Assembly: GCA_052327205.1 (NCBI GenBank)
Contig: CM126223.1
Location: 37,386,001-37,450,000 of the forward strand
Direction: 5' to 3'
Origin: Somniosus microcephalus
Taxonomy: Eukaryota
DNA: 64,000 bases
Under the pieces are notes generated by a model. It did no database searches and was not told where the DNA came from. It worked only from the letters and a program-made list of their open reading frames with translations. The position numbers and the translations under genes are program-made. Shown here in pieces: positions 13,621 through 24,495 of this stretch (the stretch's first letter is position 1; every line of letters begins with the position of its first letter).

Positions 13621-16263
13621 GATAGGCAAAAAGGAAAGGGAGGTGGGGTAGCATTACTGGTTAAAGAAGGGATTAATACAATTGTAATGAAGGATATTAG
13701 CTCTGATGATGTGGAATCTGTATGGGTAGAATTGAGAAATACTAAGGGGAAAAAAGCATTAGTGGGAGTGGTATATAGACCTCCAAACAGTAAGGTGGAG
13801 GTTGGGGGTGGCATTAAAAGGGAAATTAAAGAAGCGTGCAATAAGGGCACAGCAGTCATCATGGGTGACTTTAATCTACATATAGATTGGGCCAACCAAA
13901 TTAGTAACAATACTGTGGAGGAGGAATTCCTGGAGTGTTTACGGGATGGTTTCCTGGACCAATATGTCGAGGAACCAACCAGCGATCAGGCCATCTTAGA
14001 CTGGGTATTATGTAACGAGAAAGGATTAATTAGCAATCTTGTTGTACGAGGCCCCTTGGGTCGGAGCGATCATAATATGATCGAATTCTTCATTAAGATG
14101 GAGAATGAAGTAGTTGACTCAGAGACTAGAGTCTGCAATTTAAATAAAGGAAACTACGATGGTCTGAGGAGCGAGTTGGGTAGGATTGATTGGGGAATGG
14201 CACTCAAAGGGTTGATGGTGGATAGGCAATGGCAATCATTCAAAGACCGAATGGATGAGCTACAGAATTTGTTCATCCCAGTTTGGCATAAAAATAAAAC
14301 AAAAAAAGGTGACTCAACCGTGGCTAACAAGGGAAATTAGGGATAACATAAGATCCAAGGAGAGGACATATAAATTGGCCAGAAAAAGCAATAATCCTGA
14401 GGATTGGGAGCAGTTTGGGATTCAACAAAGGAGGACAAAGGGATTAATTAAGAAAGGGAAAATAGAATATGAGAGTAAGCTTTCAGGGAACATAAAAACT
14501 GACTGTAAAAGCTTTTATAGATATGTGAAGAGAAAAAGATTGGTGAAGTCAAGCGTAGGTCCCTTGCAGTCAGAATCAGGGGAATTTATAATGGGGAACA
14601 AAGAAATGGCAGACCAACTAAATATATACTTTGGTTCTGTCTTCACAAAGGAGGACACAAATAGCCTCCCAGAGATGCTGGGGAACATAGGGTCTGATGA
14701 AAGGGTTGAACTGAAAGAAATCAGTATTTGTAGGGAAATGGTGTTAGGAAAATTGATGGGACTGAAGGCCGATAAATCCCCAGGGCCTGATAATCTACAT
14801 CCCAGGGTACTTAAGGAAGTGGCCCTAGAAATAGTAGATGCATTGCTGGTCATCTTCCAGAACTCGATAGACTCTGGAACAGTACCCATGGATTGGAGGG
14901 TAGCTAATGTTATCCCACTATTCAGAAAAGGTGGTAGAGGAAAAAGCGGGGAATTATAGACCGGTAAGCCTGACATCGGTAGTGGGGAAAATGCTAGAGT
15001 CTATTATAAAAGATGTAATAGCAGAGCACTTGGAAAGCAGTGACAGGATCGGACAAAGTCAACATGGATTTACAAAAGGTAAATCATGCTTGACCAATCT
15101 ACTGGAATTTTTTGAGGATGTAACTGGTAAAATAGATAAGGGAGAACCAGTGGATGTGGTGTATTTGGACTTTCAGAAGGCTTTTGCTAAGGTCCCACAT
15201 AAGAGATTAGCGTGCAAAATTAAGGCACATGGGATTGGGGGCAAGGTACTGACTTGGATAGAGAACTGGTTGGCGGACAGAAAGCAAAGAGTTGGAATAA
15301 ACGGGTCATTTTCCGAGTGGCAGGCAGTGACTAGTGGGGTGCCGCAAGGATCGGTCCTAGGACCCCAGCTGTTCACAATATATATTAATGATCTGGACGA
15401 GGGAATTGGATGTAATATCTCCAAATTTGCAGATGACACAAAGCTGGGTGGGAGGGTAAGCCATGAGGAGGATGTCGTGAAACTCCAGAACGATTTGGAC
15501 AGGTTGGGTGATTGGACAGAAACATGGCAAATGCACTATAATGTGGATAAATGTGAGGTTATCCACTTTGGTGGCAAAAACAGGAAGGCAGATTATTATT
15601 TGAATGGCAATAGATTGGGAGAAGGGGAAGTGCAAAGAGACCTGGGTGTCCTTGTGCACCAGTCGCTGAAGGTAAGCATGCAGGTGCAACAGGCGGTTAA
15701 GAAGGCAAATGGTATGTTGGCCTTTGTAGCAAGAGGGTTCCAGTACAGGAACAAGGATGTCTTGCTACAGTTGTACAGGGCCTTGGTGAGATCACACCTT
15801 GAGTATTGTCTGCAGTTTTGGTCGCCTTACCCGAGGAAGGATGTTCTTGCCATGGAAGGAGTGCAGCGAAGATTCTCCAGGCTGATACCTGGGATGGCAG
15901 GAATGACGTATGAGGAGAGATTGTGTCGATTGGGCTTATACTCACTGGAGTTTAGAAGATTGAGAGGGGATCTCATCGAAACCTATAAAATTCTGTCAGG
16001 CCTGGACAGACTAGATGCAGGAAGGATGTTTCTGATGGCCAGGGAGTCCAGAACCAGGGGTCATAGTCTAAGGATAAGGGGTAAGCCATTTAGGACTGAA
16101 ATGAGGAGGAATTTCTTCACCCAGAGAGTGGTGAACCTGTGGAATTCTCTGCCACAGAGGGCGGTGGAGGCCAGTTCATTAAATATATTCAAGAAAGAGT
16201 TGGATATATTTCTTAAGGCTAAAGGGATCAAGGGATATGGGGAGAAGGCAGGGACAGGGTACA
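13621..16263 (+). mobile_element. CR1 LINE ORF2 (APE endonuclease + RT), lacking ORF1, stop codon and 3' UTR
   Basis: ORFs 13567-14340 (VYRPP, GDFN, SDHN), 14255-14959 and 14907-16325 (QGSVLGP, FADD); two frameshifts at A-runs; flanked on both sides by the minisatellite. Confidence 0.96.
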
Positions 16264-16821
16264 TTTGGTGTGACATTCCACACCAAACCTTTGGTGTGAC
16301 ATTCCACACCAAACCTTTGGTGTGACATTCTACACCAAACCTTTGGTGTGACATTCTACACCAAACCTTTGGTGTGACATTCTACACCAAACCTTTGGTG
16401 TGACATTCTACACCAAACCTTTGGTGTGACATTCTACACTACACCTTTGGTGTGACATTCTCCACTAAACCTTTGGTGTGACATTCTACACCAAACCTTT
16501 GTTGTGACATTCTACACTACACCTTTGGTGTGACATTCTCCACTAAACCTTTGGTGTGACATTCTCCACTAAACCTTTGGTGTGACATTCTCCACTAAAC
16601 CTTTGGTGTGACATTCTACACTAATGTTTGGTGTGACATTCTACACTAATGTTTGGTGTGACATTCTACACTAAACCTTTGGTGTGACATTCTACACTAA
16701 ATGCTTGGTGTGACATTCAACACGAAACCTTTGCTGTGACATTCTACACTAAACCTTTGGTGTGACATTCTGCACTAATGTTTGGTGTGACATGCTACAG
16801 TAAATGCTTGGTCTGACATTC
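16264..16821 (+). repeat. 26-bp minisatellite block 3 (about 21 units)
   Basis: Same unit; first units are the ACACCAAA variant. Confidence 0.97.
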
Positions 16822-16924
16822 ATTTTTATCCTCCTCTAGGTTGAGTGTAGTTCATATCAATATAGAGCAAGTTGAGAGATAAGCACTAGCCATGGTTTAG
16901 CATGAAAGACAAAAAGACAAAGAA

Positions 16925-17215
16925 AGAAAAAAGAACTTGCAGTTAGATAGCTCCTTCTCACATCCACAGTATATGCCAAAGCAGTTCACAGCCAGTGAAA
17001 TACTCTTGAAGTACTATATAATCAGTGTTGTAATGTCAAACATGGTCGATAAGCGTGTGAACAGTAAGATCCCCTGAAAGGAATGATCAATTCAGCTGTA
17101 TTTTTGGTGTTGGTTGTGGGAGCAATGTTCATTAAGGCCCATGGGATAACGTCCTGCTCTTCAAGTTGTACTTTGGGATCTTTTACATCCACCTGAACAG
17201 GCATATGGGGCTCTC
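16925..17215 (-). mobile_element. Deu-domain SINE, decayed
   Basis: gggatcttttacatccacctga core and aagaacttgca tail, as in the 22.2 kb copy. Confidence 0.6.
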
Positions 17216-17547
17216 AGCCTGAAGAACAAACAGCAGCCAAGACCGAGAGAGAGATACCCGAGACACAGAAACCAGTCATACGCTAGTGGGGGGAAACTGA
17301 GGAATAGACACCAGCCCTAGATTGGAAAAGGATAATGAGGTGTGGGGTGTGGGAATTCCTGGCCTAGGGTGTCCCAGCACTTGACTTCAACCCCTTACAT
17401 CAATGGTCTTGAAGGGCAGAAGCTCTATCCCCACACGATAGGAATTCAAGTGCTCGGCCAAGACCCTGCATATCCTGGGCTTTGGCTGAGTTTGGCCCCG
17501 CTCTGGTGGGATCCTGCTTATGTTTTGCCAGAACGGCTGTGGATTTT

Positions 17548-17830
17548 TAACATAAGAACAGAAGAAATAGGAGCAGGAGTAGGCCAATCGGCCCCTCGAG
17601 CCTGCTCCACCATTCCATAAGATCATGGCTGATCTGATCCTAACCGCCAATCTACAATCACTGAACTATCTCCTGAATCTAACAGAATTAGACACACGAA
17701 ATAGGAGCAGGATCAGGCTACATGGCCCTGGGCCCGCTCCGCTACCCACGGGGCCATGACCGATCCGAACCTAGACTCATGTCCAAATTCCTGCCCGTTC
17801 CCCATAACCCTTTATTCCCTTTACTTCTAG
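17548..17830 (-). mobile_element. Two adjacent CR1/HE1-type 3' tail fragments
   Basis: aacataagaac...ataggagcaggagtaggcc...gatcatggctgatc, followed by a more diverged ataggagcagg...ttccccataaccc copy. Confidence 0.7.
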
Positions 17831-18515
17831 GATATGAGCAAAAAAATGAGCTACATCACCACATTATGTTCTTATGTTCTTATTATAATGTGGTGATGTA
17901 GCTCATATTTTTTTGCCAGTAGGGGCCAGGGAATAATCTTAAGAGCAATGACAGTATGTAGTTCCTGCAACTGTTTTTTACCATATTCTGCCCATGGGAG
18001 GTCTTGAAAAGGTACAATGCTCAAACAATATGATTCCTCTAATGCTGTATTAATATGTCACACTTCCTGAAGAGTTCTGTAATTTAGCCTGAGGCTCTTG
18101 GTAATGTGCAATCCACCCCTTTTATGTTCTGTGGCACCGGAACAACACAAGCAGCAAATGCACACACTTGTACATCAGGGTGGCCAACTCTGGTTCGACG
18201 CATCCCTGGAGGTTTGATCAGATGACCTCCCACCTCCAACCACAGCGCCCCAGCGCTCTCGCCATTGGCCGCCCAACACATCCATCTTTGTGGCTCACCA
18301 CCATTCCATGCTGATTGGAAAGCGAACAGACTCTGTTACCTGATTGGAAGGTTCTTGACCGTCACTTAAACAGCCTTTCCTCCCAGCTCCAATATTTTTT
18401 GAGTCAATACACAAAGTAAGCAAAGAAAGTGAAAAAAAACTCACAATTATTACTTTAATGCCCCTATGATTTTTCTCCCAGGTTGCTCACAGCAGTGTCC
18501 TGGAGATTAATCATT

Positions 18516-21040
18516 AAAACAAAATGTAGAATCAGTTTGGGTGGATCTGAGAAACAGCAAGGGGCATAAAACACTAGTGGGAGTAGTGCATAGGCCCCTT
18601 AACAGTAGTTGTAGTGTCGGGCATTACCGGCCAATTAAGGGAAAGCCGGTGACAGATGACGTCAGCGTATGACGCTTCATCTGTCGAAAAAATTTTGACA
18701 GATGAATTGTCAGCGTTTGACAGCTTTGAGAAGCTGTCAAACACTGACAATCTCTGTTCTAAGGTGAGCCCTTGCACAAATGGTCACCAAGATCTCTCTC
18801 CTCAGCAGAAAGCAGATGGCTGCAGCATCTGAGAATGCAGCAGCCATTCTGTCATCTCTGCCATTGAGATGAGGCACCTCCGGATCCTCAAAGCTTGCAG
18901 AAAGAAGCAAAGGTAAGGAAACTTTTTCCAACTGTTTACACTCACCTTTCATACTTACCTGTCCACACTTGCACCCATCACTCACCTCTACAGCTGACAT
19001 GTTGACCCCTCTCACCCCTGCAGACCTACTGCTCGCCTTGCTGACCCTGGCGAGGTTCGCAGCCGTCGGGAAGCCCGCAATTGCAGGGGTAAAATGGGGA
19101 AAAGCCTCAGAACTGCCTGTTAACTACCTGTTAACAGGCAGTTAATTGGCTCTAATCCCCTTACCGCCTCGAGGAGACAGGTCCCTGCGCGAGTCGGGGA
19201 CCCACCTCCCGGGAAGATGGTTCAGAGGCGGGTTGGGAGCGGGTTTGGGACCCACTCCCAATTTTTCCCATTTTGCCAGCAGTCCCGCCTCCAAACCCGC
19301 CTCCTCAGGACTGGGAAAATTCCCCCCTCAGTGTCTGTCTTCACGGAAGAAGAGGCAAAAAACATCCCAGACATAGTGGAGAACCAAGGGTTTAGCGAGA
19401 ATGAGGACCTGAAAGAAATTAGTATTAGTATGGAAATAATACTGAAGAAATGAATGGGACTGAAAGCCGATAAATCCCCTGATGGCGTACATACTAGGGT
19501 TTTAAAAGAGGTGGCTATAGCGATAGTGGATGCATTTGGTTGTCATCTTCCAAAATTCCATAAATTCTGGAACGTTCCCTCGATTGGAAGGTTGCAAATG
19601 TAACTCCACTATTTAAGAAAGGAGGGAGAGAGAAAACGGGGAACTACAGGCCAGTTAGCCTGACATCAGTAGTAGAGAAAATACTAGAATCTATTATTAA
19701 GGACGTGGTAACAGGGCACTTAGAAAGTAATAAAAGGATTGCGCAGTCAACACGGATTTATGAATGGGAAATCATGTTTGACAAATCTGTTAGAGTTTTT
19801 TGAGGTTGTAACTAGCAGGATAGATAAGGAGGAACCAGTGGATGTGGTGTATTTGGATTTTCAGAAGGAATTTGATAAGGTGCCACACAAGAGGTTATTA
19901 AACAAAATTAGGGCTCATGGGACTGGGGTAATGTACTAACATGGATCGAGGATTGGTTAACGGATAGAAAACAGAGAGAAGGAATAAACAGGTCATTTTC
20001 AGGTTGGCAGGCTGTAACTAGTGAGGTACCACAAGGATCAGTGCTTGGGCCTCAGCTATTCACAATCTACATCAATGATTTGGATGAGGGGACCAAATGT
20101 AATATATCCAAGTTTGCTGATGACACAAAGCTAGGTGGGAATGTAATTTGTGAGGAGGATGCAAAGAGCCTTCAAGGGGATATAGACAGGTTAAGTGAGT
20201 GGGCAAGAACTTGGCAAATGGAATATAATGTGGAGAAATGTGAAGTTATCCACTTTGGTAGGAAAAATAGAAAATCCGAGTATTTTTTAAATGGTGAGAG
20301 ATTGGGAAATGTCGGTGTTCAGAGGGACCTGGGTGTCCTTGTAAATGAATCGCTGAAAGTTAATATGCAGGTACAGCAAGGAATTAGGAAAGCAAATGGT
20401 ATGTTGGCCTTTATTTCAAAAGGATTTGAATACAAGAGTAAAGACGTCTTACTGCAATTATATAGGACCTTGGTGAGACCACACCTGGAGTATTGTGTAC
20501 AGTTCTGTTCTCCTTACCTAAGAAAGGATATACTTGCCACAGAGGGAGTGCAACGGAGGTTCACCAGACTGGTTCCTGGAATGGGGGGATTGTCCTATGA
20601 GGAGAGAATGAGTTGACTAGGCCTATATTCTCTAGAGTTTAGAAGAATGAGAGGTGATCGCATTGAAACATTCAAAATTCTTACAGGGCTCGACAGGGTG
20701 GATGCAGGGAGGACGTTTCCTCTGGCTGGGGAGTCTAGAACCAGGGGTCACAGTCTCGGAATAAGGGGTCGGCCATTTACGACTGAGATGAGGAGAAATT
20801 TCTTCAGTCAGAGGGCGGTGAATCTTTGGAATTCTCTACCACAGAGGGCTGTGGAGGCTCAGTCGTTGAGTATATTTAAGGCAGAGATCGATAGATTTTT
20901 GGATATTAAGGGCATCAAGAGATATGGGGATAGTGCAGGAAAGTGGAGTTAAGGTAGAAGATCAGCCATGATCTTATTGAATGGCGGAGCAAGCTCGAGG
21001 GGCCAAATGGCATACTCCTGCTCCTATTTCTTATGTTCTT
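18516..21040 (+). mobile_element. CR1 LINE (second subfamily), decayed and interrupted
   Basis: Endonuclease piece 18516-18623 (VESVWVDLRNSKG...HRP); RT 19330-20952 (FADD); tail TTCTTATGTTCT. Confidence 0.93.
18624..19327 (-). mobile_element. Harbinger-type MITE, one end missing
   Basis: Shares internal palindromes (tgacagatga/tcatctgtc; aactgcctgttaa...ttaacaggcagtt) with MITEs at 42567 and 45509; ends GAAAATTCCCCC. Confidence 0.8.
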
Positions 21041-21434
21041 AATTCCTGGAGACTCCAGAGTAAGCCTGGAGGGTTGGCAACCCTATTGTATGTGTTTGGG
21101 ACTTTTTTGGCCAATGGCAGATGGGGAAGGTCTGCACATGGCACCCACCAGAGACCAGAAAGCATGACCGCTTTCTCCTCTGGCAGCAGAGTTCTCTCTC
21201 TGGGGTGAGGAGCACTTCACCAGGTGGGTGCTGTTGTCTCCAGAGGCAGCAGCAACACTTCATACCTTACAGAGCTGCTACTGAAGTCTGGACAGGTGTC
21301 AGCAGTGATGCTGTAAGATGAAGGCAGCAGAAGAGAGAACATCACTGCTAGGGCAACCATGCCAATATCAACAAGGTATCAAAGCCAATTCGCAGAGCTC
21401 TTCAGATCCCATATACTCTCCATCACCAAGAGCA

Positions 21435-22036
21435 CCTACCTCCACCTCTAATATTTCCCGTCTCCAATCCTGCCTCAGCCCATCTGATGCTAAAATGCTC
21501 ATCCATACCTTTGTTACCTCCAGAGTCAACTATTCCAATGGCTGGCCTCGCACCTTCCACCGTCCATAAACTTGAGCTCATCCAACACTCTGCTGACCCT
21601 AGCCTAACTCGCACCAAGTCTCGTCCACCCATCACCCCTGTGCTCGCTGACCTACATTGGCTCCTGGTTCGGCAGCGCCTCGATGTAAAAATTCTCATTC
21701 TTGTTTTCGAGTCCCTCCATTAACTCATCTGTCCCTATCTCTGTAACCTTCTCTAGCCCTACGACCCCATATCGCTCCATCATTGCCGGCCGTGCCTTCA
21801 GCTGCCTAGGCCCTAAGCTCTGGAAGTCCCTCCCTAAACCTCTCTGCCTCTCCACCTCTCTCTCTCCTCCTTTAAGTCGCTCCTTAAAATCTGCCTCTTT
21901 GGCTGAGCTGTTGATTCGCCGGTCCTAATATCTCCTTATGTGGTTCGGTGTCATATTTGTGTTTAATAGCGCTCCTGCAAAGCGCCTTGGACATTTTTAC
22001 TACATTGAAGGCACTATATAGATATAAGTTGTTGTT
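21435..22036 (+). mobile_element. L2-clade LINE 3' fragment
   Basis: LIHTFVTSRVNYSN...LELIQHSA...ITPVLADLHWL...RAFSCLGPKLW; tail gcactatata...aagttgttgtt shared with the Deu SINE tail. Confidence 0.85.
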
Positions 22037-22211
22037 CAGGTAGGCCAAACTCCCTCATGCTAAGCACTTAGCTATATCTCAGCACTCTAACCCGCAGTGC
22101 CAGAGGCCCCCCTCCATTGCATTGATGATTCCATTTTCCACATTTTCATCTTTTATTACTCAGAAGGCAGCACTCTATTACTGTAACATTTTTGTAATTA
22201 GTTGCCACGTT

Positions 22212-22645
22212 AAAGAAAAGAAAGACTTGCATTTATATAGCACCTTTCATGACCAACAGACGTCTCAAAGCGCTTTACAGCCAATGAAGTACTTTTGGAG
22301 TGTAGTCACTGTTGTAGTGTGGGAAACGCGGCAGCCAATTTGCGCACAGCAAGCTCCCACAAACAGCAATGCGATAATGAACAGATAATCTGATTTAGTG
22401 ATGGCCAGATAAATATTGGCCAGGACGCCCGGGGATAACTCCTCTGATCTTCCTCGAAATAGTGCCATGGGATTTTTTACATCCACCCGAGAGAGCAGAC
22501 GGGGCCTCGGTTTAACGTCTCATCCAAAAGACGACACCTCCAACAGTGCAGCGCTCCCTCAGCACTGCGCTGGAGTGTCAGCCTAGATTTATGTGCTCAA
22601 GTCCCTGGAGTGGGACTTGAACTCTCAACCTTCTGACTCAGAGGC
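22212..22645 (-). mobile_element. Deu-domain SINE (SacSINE1-like), well preserved
   Basis: Reverse strand has tRNA-like head (gttcaagtcccactcc), Deu core and L2-like tail ending tgcaagtctttcttt. Confidence 0.85.
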
Positions 22646-24427
22646 TCAGTGGAAGGTTGGGCTGCAACCCAGAATATGTCCACCGGAGACCAGGCTGAAA
22701 CTGCCTGAAGTCAACATCCAGTACTTGCGACTCTTAATAGCCATCAATAAAATGAAACCTCCATCACATTCCCCTGGTTTCCTCGTCTGTTTTTCCAGAG
22801 GCAAAAGACAATAACTGAGAACCACCCACCTGCTCCACCAACTGGTCCTCTAAGTGAAAACCATTTTCTTCCCGCAGGAGGGAAGTTTATGGAATAAAGA
22901 AACAAACAGGACAAAATCGTAAGGAAATAACAATTATTTACTATCCGAGTTCCTGAGAGTCGTACTGGCAGAACAACTCTTGGTGGAAGCTTCATTTTCT
23001 TTCAACTTGAGAAAGCAAGGAGAAGGGCCAAGACTCATCGTACATGCAGCACCAAGGTTTAGCAGAGTGAAAAAACGATGAGTTCGGTTCAGGATGCAGC
23101 AATTAGATGGTACCAATATTGGGCTTTAAAAGCATGAAAATTGGAAAAGGAAGATAAGATTGGGAAGGAGTTTTACAAGTTGAAGGTTCGGGGAAAGTTA
23201 GAGGAAAAACAATGCGATGTATTTTATAGAACTTCTCTGCATAGAAGAGTTAATAGGGTTTATAGAATAATGATAAAATACAACAGGTCCCTCCAAGTTC
23301 ATTTTACTTCAGGAACTCTGCAGAAAATTCCACTCTGTGCAAAACTATCCATAACAAATGAGCCCAGGAATTTGCAACGCCCGGGAAGTTACCAAGCATT
23401 TAAGGCTAGGGTACGAGGACTAACGGTAGGGCTTTTCCTTATTGTTTCACATGTCTCATGCAGGCCAGTTGAACAGCAACCCTTTCAGTGGGCATCAAGG
23501 AGGTGAGCCAGAAAAACTCTGGTGAGGGAGGAACAAAGGAAGAAAATGGGGCACAGCTATCAACTGTAGTGCTTCTTTGACACAAAGCAATGCGATGGGG
23601 TAACTAAGCTAATCCCTTGAGTAGCTTCAATTCCAAACTGAAGAACAGTTTCACTGTCGGCCTCTTGTGTTACTGACTTGAAGCAAGTGCAACAACATGT
23701 TCTTTGGCTACCGGAACTGAGGCAGCCGTCAATCTATTTGCTCATTTCAACATTGTACATTTGGATAAATATCATACCCTTAATGAAGGTTTAAAACACA
23801 GCTACAAGGAAATCTGAGTTAGTTTCAAATACCCCTGTACAGTTAAGAAAATCTATGCCCACAATTCACTCAGTGAAACCACAATTGTAGAACATTTTTC
23901 AGCTTGATGGCTCTGCAGAGGTTGCTGATATGGTATTTCAGTAGCTGCAATTAATATGCCATCTACATTTGAATGTTGCCTTAGCGAGTTTTGACCTCTG
24001 CCTTGGAAAGCGCAGTGCTCCCAAATGTAAATGGCGGCCATTGGCGGTGCTTGCCTTTGTGACCATCATTTTGTTCTTGCTGCAGAACAGGCCAGTAATT
24101 TGTTTTTTTTCCCCACTGATGGGCAAAACAGACCTTCCTCTGACATCAAGGAAGGTCCGCAGTCAGGAGCAGAAACACGACTTTTGAGGCCCTGCCCATA
24201 TACTGCTGTTCCTGTGTTATCTGTTCCTGGGCTCTGCCCCACTGTATAAATGAGAAGGATTCAAAGTACAGTGAGCAGCATCCCATCATTCCCATTGGGA
24301 GTGGTTCTGCAAATAAAAATAGGGTAAAAATTAATGCCTAGGTCAGTGTTAATGGTTCTGTAAAGTGCATAAAACTGTGATGAGATGTGTGGGAAAGTAT
24401 GAAGAGAAGTGCACAAAAGGGGAATGG

Positions 24428-24448
24428 GAGAGAGAAAGAGAGCAAGTT

Positions 24449-24480
<32 letters not shown>

Positions 24481-24495
24481 TTAGAGAGAGAGAGA
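24428..24495. repeat. (GA)n microsatellite
   Basis: Interrupted GA dinucleotide run. Confidence 0.95.

Larger units (their letters stand above)
18176..21085. mobile_element. Non-autonomous hAT element split by a CR1 insertion
   Basis: TIRs CAGGGTGGCCAAC / GTTGGCAACCCTA; 8-bp flanks TTGTACAT (18168-18175) and TTGTATGT (21086-21093); its own sequence is about 18176-18515 plus 21040-21085. Confidence 0.8.

Noticed and set aside
11368-16263. Single twin-primed (5'-inverted) CR1 insertion
   Set aside because: The two pieces overlap the same 1.3 kb of ORF2 and differ at many sites, so they are independent copies.
11008-16821. CRISPR array or retron/DGR-like system (palindromic direct repeats next to an RT)
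   Set aside because: Units are contiguous with no unique spacers, there are no cas genes, and the RT is a standard vertebrate CR1 ORF2.
22560-22645. tRNA gene
   Set aside because: The A/B-box-like sequence is the head of a SINE; no complete cloverleaf.
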